Below, one piece after another: positions 1-12,244 of a stretch of 61,780 nt of DNA (positions within the stretch are counted from its first letter, which is position 1; each line of letters starts with the position of its first letter). The DNA is from Octopus bimaculoides (lineage: Eukaryota), in contig NC_068981.1 in the NCBI RefSeq assembly GCF_001194135.2, positions 152,324,104 to 152,385,883 of the forward strand, given 5' to 3'. The translations under genes were made by a program, and so were the position numbers. The notes below the pieces were generated by a model. It saw only the letters and a program-made list of their open reading frames with translations. It did not search any database and was not told where the DNA came from.

Positions 1-41
<41 letters not shown>

Positions 42-129
42 CTATAAAGAGAATAACTAAAAACATCTTAATGATGAGTAACTAATAAATTCAGATTTAC
101 TAATAATAAACTCTTTGACATAAACTTAC

Positions 130-393
130 CTTTCACTGATAGACTGGCCGAAGTAAATAATTCTCCAATCATACATTTATATTCACCCTGATCTTCAATT
201 CTTACATCATGTATGACAAGTTTGCGCATTTTCTTTTCAGTGACAATTTTGATCCTTTGATCTTGTATTTGCTTTCCATCTTTATACCAAACAACTTGGA
301 TGTACTCTTTAGAAACTTCGCAAGAAAATTCAGCGTCATCATATTCAGTGACATGAATTTCTTTAAGTTCTTTGGTGAATTCGGATTTTATTT
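130..393 (-). CDS. Single I-set Ig exon; not in the ORF track
   Basis: ttttcag|AA..AAAG|gtaagt; 264 nt; hand translation EIKSEFTKELKEIHVTEYDDAEFSCEVSKEYIQVVWYKDG..DQGEYKC..SLSVKG. Confidence 0.95.
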
Positions 394-612
394 CTGAAAA
401 TTATATTAAATACATAAGTAAAAGTCATTCGACTAAAAGAATGTTTTAATTCTGTACATTGAACAATACTGGTGCTTATAAGAGCATTAAGTATTTATTA
501 AACATGAAAATTACCCAAGTGATTTAATGTATTAGAAATATTCATTGAACACATTTACACACGCTCTTATATACATACACACACGCATATTTGTATGTAT
601 ATGTATTTATAA

Positions 613-657
<45 letters not shown>

Positions 658-828
658 TCGCCAAGCCAACATGGCAGTCCCAAAATTAGGACGAAAGCTG
701 CCGTGAATTAGCTCCAATAAGCCATCGCCTCTAGCTAGCTATGTGACACACGAAACCTGTGTCCTTTATAACCTTCGAACAGGGGAGGTCAGCAGTTTCC
801 CCTTGCTGGTTTGGTATCTGCAGACTAG

Positions 829-1603
829 NNNNNNNNNNNNNNNNNNNNNNNNNNNNNNNNNNNNNNNNNNNNNNNNNNNNNNNNNNNNNNNNNNNNNNNN
901 NNNNNNNNNNNNNNNNNNNNNNNNNNNNNNNNNNNNNNNNNNNNNNNNNNNNNNNNNNNNNNNNNNNNNNNNNNNNNNNNNNNNNNNNNNNNNNNNNNNN
1001 NNNNNNNNNNNNNNNNNNNNNNNNNNNNNNNNNNNNNNNNNNNNNNNNNNNNNNNNNNNNNNNNNNNNNNNNNNNNNNNNNNNNNNNNNNNNNNNNNNNN
1101 NNNNNNNNNNNNNNNNNNNNNNNNNNNNNNNNNNNNNNNNNNNNNNNNNNNNNNNNNNNNNNNNNNNNNNNNNNNNNNNNNNNNNNNNNNNNNNNNNNNN
1201 NNNNNNNNNNNNNNNNNNNNNNNNNNNNNNNNNNNNNNNNNNNNNNNNNNNNNNNNNNNNNNNNNNNNNNNNNNNNNNNNNNNNNNNNNNNNNNNNNNNN
1301 NNNNNNNNNNNNNNNNNNNNNNNNNNNNNNNNNNNNNNNNNNNNNNNNNNNNNNNNNNNNNNNNNNNNNNNNNNNNNNNNNNNNNNNNNNNNNNNNNNNN
1401 NNNNNNNNNNNNNNNNNNNNNNNNNNNNNNNNNNNNNNNNNNNNNNNNNNNNNNNNNNNNNNNNNNNNNNNNNNNNNNNNNNNNNNNNNNNNNNNNNNNN
1501 NNNNNNNNNNNNNNNNNNNNNNNNNNNNNNNNNNNNNNNNNNNNNNNNNNNNNNNNNNNNNNNNNNNNNNNNNNNNNNNNNNNNNNNNNNNNNNNNNNNN
1601 NNN
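829..1603. other. Assembly gap (others 2371-2459, 7390-7911, 9364-9701, 10527-10975, 26590-26741, 43498-43507, 46492-46967, 60337-60525, 61268-61277)
   Basis: Runs of N, mostly bounded by microsatellites. Confidence 1.
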
Positions 1604-1795
1604 TTATACTTTTACTTGTTTCAGTCATTTCACTGCGGTCATGCTGGAGCACCGCCTTTAGTCGAGCAAATCGACCCCAGGAATTATTCTTTGTAAGCCT
1701 AATACTTATTCTATCGGCATCTTTTGCTGAACCGCTAAGTTATGAGGACGTAAACACACCAGCATCGGTTGTCAAGCGATGGTGGGGGGACAAAC
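1604..1795. mobile_element. Interspersed repeat (copies 27655-27850, partial 9310-9363)
   Basis: ttgtttcagtcatt..catgctggagcaccgcctttag..gtaaacacacc..catcggttgtcaa is shared; precedes family-1 SINE across a microsatellite in two places. Confidence 0.75.
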
Positions 1796-1859
1796 ACAAA
1801 TACGCACGCACACGCACACACACACACATACACACACACACACACATATATATATATAC

Positions 1860-2022
1860 GACGGGCTTCTTTCAGTTTCCATCTACCAAATCCACTCACA
1901 AGGCTTTGGTCGGCCCGAGGCTATAGTGGAAGACACTCGCCTAAGGGGCCACGCAGTAGGACTGAACTCGGAACCATGTGGTTGGTTAACAAGCTACTTA
2001 CCACACAGCCACTCCTGTGCCT
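1860..2022 (-). mobile_element. tRNA-derived SINE family 1 (other copies 27951-28101 -, 60121-60258 +)
   Basis: A-box-like tggctgtgtggt and B-box-like gttcagtcc; three mutually alignable copies ending in gaaactgaaagaagc. Confidence 0.8.
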
Positions 2023-2328
2023 ATATATATATGTGTGTGCGTGAGAGAGAGAGAGGGGAGAGAGTGAATTATGAATATTCTACTCTTCTTTTAAATGTTT
2101 TAAGTTCTTTTGAGAATGATCGCCTTAATCCCTGTACTAAGGCAAGCCTAACATAACTATACAGAGACAGTAACAAAGAAAAGACAAGTAAATCAACAGA
2201 CAGCCAGACGGACGGATGGATGGCTGAATATAAACTTATATATTTAAATATGTATCATCATCTTCATCATCGTTTAACACCCGTCTTCCATGCATGCATG
2301 AGTAGGACGGTTGACAGGAGCCGGTCAG

Positions 2329-2370
<42 letters not shown>

Positions 2371-2559
2371 NNNNNNNNNNNNNNNNNNNNNNNNNNNNNN
2401 NNNNNNNNNNNNNNNNNNNNNNNNNNNNNNNNNNNNNNNNNNNNNNNNNNNNNNNNNNNTCTAAGTGTGCGTGTGTGTGTGTGTGTGTATGGGTTTGCGT
2501 GTCTTGATACGATATCATATATAATAAAATACTGAATATTTGAGCCCACTTATTCCATG

Positions 2560-2990
2560 ATCGCTTCATATCGCTTCATGTCGATATTACTGTCTTCTTC
2601 AAGCCTTCGGAAAATATACCCGTGCATGGTTCTTTTGGTATGCTGAGCGTTTCACATCCCGGTCGTCTTTTTTAACCTGACTGTTTGGGAGTTGTATGGG
2701 AGGTCATCAGAAAGAGTGTGTTTCCTGAAGAGCTCGCTGCCAACATGTAGGATGTTGTTTTCTTCACTTCTCAGCACTAAGTTAATATATTTAATTTTGC
2801 TCTTGCTGTTTATCAAGTGCTGTCTGAGAAAGACTATACGACATACGAAGATTGTCTGCACTGATTTCAAGCTTCTACCTTCTTTATCTCTTCTTAGATA
2901 GAGCCAATCGATATCACTGTTTCTGAGGGTATTTCCAACTGATGTCAGTATCATGCGGGTTTTAACATCTCTGGAGTGGATTCCGTCTAC
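2560..2990 (-). mobile_element. R4/Dong-like non-LTR retrotransposon fragment
   Basis: SDIDWLYLRRDKEGRSLKS, PMHGY. Confidence 0.7.
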
Positions 2991-3109
2991 AGATCAGTCA
3001 AGTGTCCCGAATGTTGGAATCAGCATTAGTACTGCAAATGCATTGTAAGAAATGAGTTCCGACTGTCATACTTTTGTACGTCTAACATAATATTCCCGGG
3101 TCACTCTAT

Positions 3110-3207
3110 GTATCCATGTATGTATGTATCCATGTATGTATGTATCCATGTATGTATGTATGTATGTATGTATGTATGTATCCATGTATGTATGTATGTA
3201 TGTATGT
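3110..3207. repeat. (TATG)n tetranucleotide array with tatccatg variants
   Basis: Directly visible. Confidence 0.9.
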
Positions 3208-3241
3208 ACCATAACAGAAAAATCATGTTAAATAAACTCAC

Positions 3242-3508
3242 CTTCAACAATCAACTTAGCAGTAGTTGACACATTGCCGATGGTACAAGAATACTCTCCA
3301 AAATCTTCAAGTGTAACTTTACGAATTATAAGTTTCTGAACTCTTTTTTCTGTTTTTATTTCAATTATTTTACTAGCTGTCAATTTGATTCCATTTTTGA
3401 ACCAATCTACTTTCACATTGTCTTTTGATAATTCACAAACAAATATAGCAGTTTCTTCTTCTTTGACAGTTACATCTTGAAGATGTTTTGTGAACTCTGG
3501 TTGTATTT
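3242..3508 (-). CDS. Single I-set Ig exon
   Basis: ttgcag|AA..GAAG|gtgagt; 267 nt; PEFTKHLQDVTVKEEETAIFVCELSKDNVKVDWFKNG..DFGEYSC. Confidence 0.95.
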
Positions 3509-4314
3509 CTGCAATGAATTAACATATATATTTTACGCCATGGAATTTTCCTCTAAGTAATTTTTGATAACAGCTTCAATGTACAATAAACGACCCACAA
3601 AATGAGAAAAGTTTTATAATTAGTGTAATTTTCCCCGTACATTAACAAAATACTTTGAACAGACTAAACAGATTGACTGATGACAATTAATGAACAGCTA
3701 AGATTACTGTATTGCACTAATTACATTCAAATAAAACGATGTCGACAATTTCTTTTTAACTCATGGATCAAGATTATATCTGCAAGTTTTTTATCATGTC
3801 AACAATATAGCCTGTTATGTCTAATTTGATATTTTTCTTTCTCTTTTTGAATGGAATCAAAATTTTCAGATTTTGATGGAACTGTATTTTGCTTCACGCC
3901 TTTGCTATTAAAAGTCATTTTACAAAAACTGCTCTCAGTGTATAAAAATTATACATTTTCGATTACTATAAACATACATTAGAACTTAGATCTTTTTTAT
4001 TCTTAGTACATCTAGGCAGGTTGAGATGCAAAATATGATGACCGTTGTACTGTACATTATAGGAAAATAACTATTCTCTTTTACAACAATAGTGTGTTCA
4101 AGATACTCAGCTCATTGACGCATGGTATTGTAGGATAGTTGTGTTTCCTCATCGCATCAGTCAGATATACCCAAACCTTTGAGCTTAAGCCAAGCCGCTG
4201 GCTTTGTTTACACTTTTAGTAAACAAATTGTTTGCACCAGTGAGCTGAGTTAATTGAACACACTGTCGTCAGAAAAGAGAGTTTATTCTCCTATGATGTA
4301 CACAGTAGCAACCA

Positions 4315-5204
4315 CGACACCTGATCAATAAGTATCCGGACTGTTATAGTAACGAAGCTAAAGCATGCAGAGTAAAGCCGCTTGGCACAGATTGACCTTA
4401 AACTCTGTTGTGCATGCGCACTAAGTTTTAACTTCTATCTGACTTCTACTGTTTACAGCAGTGCTTGGAAAGAACGTGTGTAGCGTGTGATCGTCGCAGT
4501 GACCATAACAGAGAAAGTTGTCATGGCGATATCTGCACAATGACCGATACAAAGTAGCAAAAAGTGTATGGAGAGGAGTGTATGAGTCTCACACATGTGT
4601 ATGAGTGGTTCAGACGTTTCTAAGATGGCCAAAAAAATGTCAGTTTTGACGAACGTTCTGGGAGACCCGCAACCAGCAGAACTGAGAAAAACATCGCAGA
4701 TGTGAGTGCAGTTGTGAGGAGAAATCGTCGAATCACGATCCATGAGTTATCAGAGGATGTGCAGATTAGTTGCGGTTCAGTTCAGTCCATTATCATTGAA
4801 GATTTTGATACGAGATACGTGTCTGCCAAGTTTGCGCCAAAACTGCTTTCGGTTGACCAGAAAGACACTCGGGTTTCAGTTTGACAAGATCTCGTTGATT
4901 GTATCGAGACGATGGAAACTCTTTGAAAACTTTGCGTAGGCCTCTGAACAGGTATCACCAAGCTTTTGGCAAAATTTGATGCAGATTCTCTACTCAACTT
5001 TTTCTGTCATAGTCAATGTGACAATCACACTCTACACACCTTCTTTCCAAGCGCTACCGTAAACAGCGGAAGTAAGCTAGAACTTTAAAACTTAGTGCGC
5101 ATGCACAGCAGAGTTTAGGGTCAATTTGTGTCAGGCGGCTTTACTTTGCGGGCTTTAGCTTCGTTACTATGGTAACAGTCCGGATACTTATTGATCAGAC
5201 CACG
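4315..5204. mobile_element. Non-autonomous mariner derivative with ~230-bp inverted arms and an internal transposase HTH fragment
   Basis: ctgatcaataagtatccggactgtt at both ends in inverted orientation; TA after the right end; ERSGRP..RRITIHELSEDVQISCGSVQSII..VSAKFAPKLL on + and E*RICIKFCQKLG on -. Confidence 0.9.
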
Positions 5205-6165
5205 TATTAGGAACAAATATGCAAATAATCTTTCCGGTGATGAGGGAAAGACATGAGTAGATGAGGTTTACTTAATTTACTTAAGCAAGATCGATTATAT
5301 TAGTAGGAGATATGAGAGAAATTTACAGTGCATTGACCAATCAGTGGATTAACGTGTGTTGCTTGGTAAGTGAAAATTTGCTGAGTGATCAGACTACAAT
5401 TTACTTGATATGACCTACAATGCTTTTACGTCTAGCTGCTGTACCATCCTAGATACAGCCATCGTTAGAGTACTGCTAACAATACTCTAATGGTGGCTAT
5501 ACTTATGCTTTGTATAAGGTCAGCAACTCTTTAACTTTTCAATATCGTTTTGTCTTTAAGAGAAAGCTTCATCTTTAGAATAAAGTTTTGGCAATATTTA
5601 GATGTATAATTGCACAAGCGAATATCATATATTGCAAGGCTTGAAACGATTTCGAAGCTTGTAGCTATTTTATAATAAATAGACTGGATGTTGTGTTGAA
5701 AGACTGTGTTATGAACATCTGTAATGTATTGTTGAACGAGACCATGTTAGTATATTTGAAGCGTATCAATATACTTTGTGCAACCAATAATTTCAAATAT
5801 TGCTTAGTATTAAGATACTTGCTGCTCTTTTTCTACACTATGTTTTATATTTTTTCATAGTGTTAGTTTTGAAAAATCTCCATACTTTTTAACTAATTTG
5901 TTTCAAACAGGTACAATTAATTTGTAAGTTTCAAATTTTTATATTTATTTCAATAATGAAAAGAAGTATCAAGTTATGCGCCTTTTAGTAGCTTCTTGAA
6001 AGACAAAATTTTAATTTTGCAATTCAAACTCGCAATGGCAGGGAGAGGATATATGAAAAAGTAATATATTGTTAAAAAAATTTAATTCTTCATTGAATGT
6101 AATTTTCAAATAGTAATTAATATAAATTTTATACTTCGTAATTTGTAATGTTTCTAAACACTTAC

Positions 6166-6438
6166 CCTCAACATGAAGTTTAGCTGAAGTCGATATTTGA
6201 TCAATAAAACAAGAATACTCTCCTCTATCCTCCAACTTAACTTCAGAAATGATAAGTTTGTATCTATTCTGCTCTGTGACAAATTTTGTTCTTTCATCTT
6301 CAAATATGAGATTTCCATCTTTCAACCAAACAGGATCGAGACAATCTATAGATGTTTCACACATAAAAGTAGCTGTTTCTTGCTCTTTAACTTTAACTTC
6401 TGTGAGTGGTTTTATGAATTCTGGCATCACTTCTTGGA
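6166..6438 (-). CDS. Single I-set Ig exon
   Basis: tatttag|TC..GAGG|gtaagt; 273 nt; PEFIKPLTEVKVKEQETATFMC..WLKDG..DRGEYSC. Confidence 0.95.
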
Positions 6439-7337
6439 CTAAATAAATAAAATATTATAAATGAGACAACATAATTTTCTTCGTAGTAAAATCAAAATAT
6501 ATTTTTCAAAACTGCCATTCTTTTGTTTTCTTTATGAAAGAGATAGAAAAAAGAATGTCTCACATATCTGAAAGGAAAATCAATGATGATGAGGGGTGAT
6601 GGTAGTAGCGATGATAACAAAATAGGAAGCGAAAATACTGTTGTTTGCAGAACATATTGAAACAATTTTAGACCGGGCTTAAGGTGTACGTACAATTTTG
6701 AAGAAGTGTAAACAAAGATTTTAGTTCCCACTTTAAACGTGTAGAACATCTTATTTCAGAAAATGCATATTAATGCATTGATAGCACTTTATTGCTCCAG
6801 AACATACAAAATATGAATTTCGAACCGCATAAAATGGATAAATCAAAGTTAAAAGTCAAATTTAAAGAGATACATCTGAAAGCAAACTATATAAATGTTC
6901 AAAAATTTAAACATGCTATTGTTTGTTAACATAAATGAATGTATATACATATAGTCATACATACATAAATACACACACACTCAATAACACACACGTTAAC
7001 TTATTTAAAGAAGCTGAAGCTGAAATTTGCCTCGTGATTTGTGTCTCATACCACTTATTTGAGGGTCATGGTGGTGTGAAACAAGATTCGCGAAACAAAG
7101 TCTCAATTTCAGTTTCAAAAAACTACTATATATCAAAAAATTATTAAAGTTGATATATTTATTTTCAGTATTCATGAAATTTACATCTATGCTTTCCATA
7201 GTTCCTGCAGAAAATAAATACAAAATAAAAAAATTACAAATCATCAAGGAAGATTAATTTTAATTTATGGAGCTTTAACAGTGTGTGTATGTGTATATAC
7301 ACACAACAAACACACTCACACGCACACACACACACAC

Positions 7338-7389
<52 letters not shown>

Positions 7390-7911
7390 NNNNNNNNNNN
7401 NNNNNNNNNNNNNNNNNNNNNNNNNNNNNNNNNNNNNNNNNNNNNNNNNNNNNNNNNNNNNNNNNNNNNNNNNNNNNNNNNNNNNNNNNNNNNNNNNNNN
7501 NNNNNNNNNNNNNNNNNNNNNNNNNNNNNNNNNNNNNNNNNNNNNNNNNNNNNNNNNNNNNNNNNNNNNNNNNNNNNNNNNNNNNNNNNNNNNNNNNNNN
7601 NNNNNNNNNNNNNNNNNNNNNNNNNNNNNNNNNNNNNNNNNNNNNNNNNNNNNNNNNNNNNNNNNNNNNNNNNNNNNNNNNNNNNNNNNNNNNNNNNNNN
7701 NNNNNNNNNNNNNNNNNNNNNNNNNNNNNNNNNNNNNNNNNNNNNNNNNNNNNNNNNNNNNNNNNNNNNNNNNNNNNNNNNNNNNNNNNNNNNNNNNNNN
7801 NNNNNNNNNNNNNNNNNNNNNNNNNNNNNNNNNNNNNNNNNNNNNNNNNNNNNNNNNNNNNNNNNNNNNNNNNNNNNNNNNNNNNNNNNNNNNNNNNNNN
7901 NNNNNNNNNNN

Positions 7912-7994
<83 letters not shown>

Positions 7995-8049
7995 AACATA
8001 GATAGAAATAATGGGTTATATACATTCATTTATTTATTATAGGCTTACA

Positions 8050-8751
8050 ACTGTTTCAGATATGCATTTTGGTTCAGTTCATGGTTCAGTCGTTTGACTG
8101 AAGAGATTTTAAATATATTTGATATATTCCTTAGAGATAATAAAAGATATAATAATATTTTTTCTAGTAATAATTTGGGAGTAGGTTATTCTACTACTAA
8201 TAATGTTGGTAACATTATTTCTTCTTTTAATAGATTTAAGTTAAATAAGTTTTACAAGAACCAGGGTATGATTAATTGTACATGTAGAGATAAGACCAAA
8301 TGTAAATTTAATAATAAATGTGATTTGAAGGATGTGGTGTATAAATGTATAGTGACTTTAATGGATGGGAATAAATTTAATGGTTATAATTTAATAAGAT
8401 TTACATAGGACCGACTTCGAATAAAATTAAATTACGTGTGGCTCAACACATGAATTCCTTTAAGAATAGAAATTTGATTAATTCTACTAGCCTTAGTACA
8501 TATATTTGGGAACTAAAATCTAAAAATATTAAGTACATTTTAAATTGGGAGATAGTTTGTAAGGCGAAATCTTATCGTATAGGTAGTAATTTTTGTACGT
8601 TGTGTACTAATGAATTTAAGGAGATATTATCAAATAATAAAGATAGTATAATTAACTCCCTTGATGAACGTGAAATTAAATGTAGACATAAATTAAATTG
8701 TTTATAAAATAAGTTTAGGTGTGTATATATATACATGTATATGTGTGTGTG

Positions 8752-8804
<53 letters not shown>

Positions 8805-9270
8805 TATTTTACTAATTGCAGTAGTTATAATTTGTAATTATAAAGTGTGTATTGATTAGTACGATAATATTTTTAGTGAATATTATATATTAATAATTAA
8901 ATGATACTATGATTTTTATAAAATAAGTAATATAAATATTTTAATTAATTTATCTAATGTAAATATATTAGTTTATAGTATTTTAGCTTCTTTCATGTAT
9001 ATTATCTAATTTACGTATTTTAGTTTTAATTTATTAGACTTTAAAATTATTTAGATTTTTATATTTCCAGTAAATGTTTATAATACAGTTAATTTTTTAT
9101 TATGATTAAAGCTAAAATACATTTTGATTTTATAAATTAAACTTAAATACATATTTATATATCTCTTTATTCTATTACTTTTCTTCAGTCATCGAGGAAT
9201 TGCCTCGATGACTGAAGAGATCCCAGTGCAGGTTTCCGCACCGACATCCGAAACTCGGAGTTTTATCATG
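8050..9270 (+). mobile_element. Penelope-like element, 3' part (GIY-YIG endonuclease, AT-rich tail, hammerhead)
   Basis: ORFs 8094-8408 and 8438-8707: C-x-C..C..VVYKC, STSLSTYIWELK, CTLC..CRH, typical of the PLE endonuclease C-terminus. Confidence 0.85.
9207..9267 (+). ncRNA. Type I hammerhead ribozyme (Penelope-associated)
   Basis: CTGAAGA 9212-9218, GAAA 9250-9253, stem III ACTC-G-GAGT, GTT triplet 9260-9262, 5-bp stem I gatga/ttatc; stem II imperfect. Confidence 0.65.
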
Positions 9271-10117
9271 GCAACCGAATAATTGTCACATATTATATTA
9301 CAAATATTTTTTTTTTCTGTAGTTTCAGCTCAGAGCTGCGGCCATGGTTATGCACCACCGTTTNNNNNNNNNNNNNNNNNNNNNNNNNNNNNNNNNNNNN
9401 NNNNNNNNNNNNNNNNNNNNNNNNNNNNNNNNNNNNNNNNNNNNNNNNNNNNNNNNNNNNNNNNNNNNNNNNNNNNNNNNNNNNNNNNNNNNNNNNNNNN
9501 NNNNNNNNNNNNNNNNNNNNNNNNNNNNNNNNNNNNNNNNNNNNNNNNNNNNNNNNNNNNNNNNNNNNNNNNNNNNNNNNNNNNNNNNNNNNNNNNNNNN
9601 NNNNNNNNNNNNNNNNNNNNNNNNNNNNNNNNNNNNNNNNNNNNNNNNNNNNNNNNNNNNNNNNNNNNNNNNNNNNNNNNNNNNNNNNNNNNNNNNNNNN
9701 NNATATATAAGGCATACCAGTGATAACCACGAGTTTCCCCTTGTTATTACAACGATTTTCATCTATATAACCTCAGCTACGGATTACCTACCGAACCACC
9801 TGCTACCGTACAACCTTACAAAAGACTGTAACTTCCCATGTAATAACCAGGAGCGACTTTGGATTTAATTATTCCTTGGAGGTATGAAACCCCTCTAACT
9901 GATACCTACACAATAAATATATACAGGATGAAACAAAAGTGAATAAAATATATAAAATTATGATGAATACATACGCACTTGTACATGAATAATAACAACA
10001 ACAATAATGATAATAAATATATCTCTTAGAATCAAACCAGTATAATGAATTTGATAAAGACAAAGTTGGATAAAACCAGATAGCAAATGTAGAATGTTTG
10101 GCAAGGGGGCGAAAATA

Positions 10118-10385
10118 TTAACCAGTATCTAAGTGGGTGCAGTAAACTGGCACAAAAAGTGTATAAGCACAGGCATTACTATTCATTGGGATATTAGCCA
10201 AATATTTAAGATTGGTCGATGGTTTGTGGTATAGGAAGTACGAGTTATTGTGTAAGTTAAGCGTAATATCTAAAAAGTTGGCCTTCGTTACATCATCATC
10301 AAAAACGATGCTTAAGCCCATTTTACGGAAAAACTTAACTAAACTATTCTTAACTTGTACTTTTTGGTCGAATTTCATTTCTTCA
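10118..10385 (-). mobile_element. Penelope-like reverse transcriptase fragment
   Basis: FFRKMGLSIVFDDDVTKANFLDITLNLHNNSYFLYHKPSTNLKY matches the RT thumb region of the copy at 44823-45245 (NFLDVTLD..YHKPSTNLKY). Confidence 0.85.
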
Positions 10386-10473
10386 TTTCCCTGAAGAGAA
10401 GATTACATTACTTTACACCATTTTATTCCTTTGGAATAATACCCGTGATATCTTCGAAACATGTGTCGGAAGT
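10385..10473 (+). ncRNA. Type I hammerhead ribozyme (Penelope-associated)
   Basis: CTGAAGA 10391-10397, stem II gaagat/atcttc, GAAA 10456-10459, stem III ACA-TG-TGT, GTC triplet 10465-10467, stem I atttcc/ggaagt. Confidence 0.85.
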
Positions 10474-11403
10474 AAAAGAATTTGAATAACACCTGCGTTT
10501 AACTATATATATATATATATATATATNNNNNNNNNNNNNNNNNNNNNNNNNNNNNNNNNNNNNNNNNNNNNNNNNNNNNNNNNNNNNNNNNNNNNNNNNN
10601 NNNNNNNNNNNNNNNNNNNNNNNNNNNNNNNNNNNNNNNNNNNNNNNNNNNNNNNNNNNNNNNNNNNNNNNNNNNNNNNNNNNNNNNNNNNNNNNNNNNN
10701 NNNNNNNNNNNNNNNNNNNNNNNNNNNNNNNNNNNNNNNNNNNNNNNNNNNNNNNNNNNNNNNNNNNNNNNNNNNNNNNNNNNNNNNNNNNNNNNNNNNN
10801 NNNNNNNNNNNNNNNNNNNNNNNNNNNNNNNNNNNNNNNNNNNNNNNNNNNNNNNNNNNNNNNNNNNNNNNNNNNNNNNNNNNNNNNNNNNNNNNNNNNN
10901 NNNNNNNNNNNNNNNNNNNNNNNNNNNNNNNNNNNNNNNNNNNNNNNNNNNNNNNNNNNNNNNNNNNNNNNNNNNGTGGTAAGGGGAGGCTGGTATGCAT
11001 GGGTGATTGCTGGTCTTCCATAAACAACCTTGTCTGGACTTGTGCATCAGACGGTAACTTTATAGATGCAATCCTATGGTCGTTCATGACCGAAGGGTGG
11101 TGCATATATATATATATATTTATTTATTTATTTACTTGCAAGGTGTGGTGGAGGAGGCAGTACCCATGGCTTTCACAGAACCACCAAAATCGGTGAGATT
11201 GATGTTATTGCTAGTCTATACTTGTGAGGAAGACATGAGCTGGAAGGTTGTTCCAGAGCGCTGATATTAAAGAAGTAATTAGTGCAGATCTCAAGGATAT
11301 TTATCACAAGAGTGATGTGAGCAGCAATAAGTAGGTTAGGAACTGACATAGGCCAGCTTTGAGGAGCAGATGACGTAATAAAATTGCTAGTAAAGGCAGA
11401 GAG

Positions 11404-11468
<65 letters not shown>

Positions 11469-12118
11469 ATATACACACACATTCGTACACATACATGTAT
11501 GCATTCACATGTAAGCCTACATAAGTAAACTAGATAATGAAATTTATATCTTATAATTGCTTAAATCTTTATATTCCCATCAAATGTAGGTATCTTCATT
11601 TCACACAAATTTGGATCAGTAAATAGATTCCAAACAATATATCTATTTGATACCTTCAGTTATATGTAGTTTATATTCAAATACATTATACCGTATAACA
11701 GATTTTGATCAAGTCTTCCACTGAACATGTATTGAGGAATGTGGTATTTTTGTTTATAAAATCAGAAACATAAATTAAATATATTAAGTGTATAAGTGAA
11801 AGAAGGAAAAAAATGACACCGTGTAGGTATGTGTATATGTATGTCACACATAATCTAACAGAAAATTTTGTTTCTAATTATTAGCTAAAATAAGATTCTG
11901 CAATAACTATCTTCCTTTCATAGTTGTTCTTTAGAATGACTGTAAATTTCAATTGTAAATTATATGAAAATATGATTAAAAAATATCATAAAATATTCAC
12001 TTCAAATATATATGAAATTTGAGCATTAAAGAAGTTTAAATATCATGGACTTACTACAGCAATTAAAAAGATGTTTGTTAATACCAATATACAATTCAGA
12101 CTTAATATATCTAATGTA

Positions 12119-12244
12119 CAGGGTGTCCACAAAGACTGGATACATTGAATAAATAAAATCATAACAAACAATTAAATAAAAAGAAATAATAATTTCTTAA
12201 AGTATGTGTTAATCCCCATGTACCCAGACTTTGTGGACACTCTG
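12119..12244. mobile_element. 126-bp Tc1/mariner-type MITE
   Basis: TIRs cagggtgtccacaaagactggatacat and atgtacccagactttgtggacactctg; TA on both flanks (12117-12118, 12245-12246). Confidence 0.85.

Noticed and set aside
743-1696. Long ORFs in the track spanning N-runs (also 7234-8042, 9283-9868, 10499-11105, 46394-47057, 60194-60631)
   Set aside because: Open only because N codons contain no stops; the flanks are microsatellite translations
1860-2022. Functional tRNA gene
   Set aside because: A/B-box-like head only, no cloverleaf; multi-copy with a non-tRNA body, so it is a SINE
6197-6446. + strand ORFs overlapping Ig exons (also 209-397, 21059-21259, 30971-31189, 34763-34957)
   Set aside because: Antisense shadows of the real minus-strand exons
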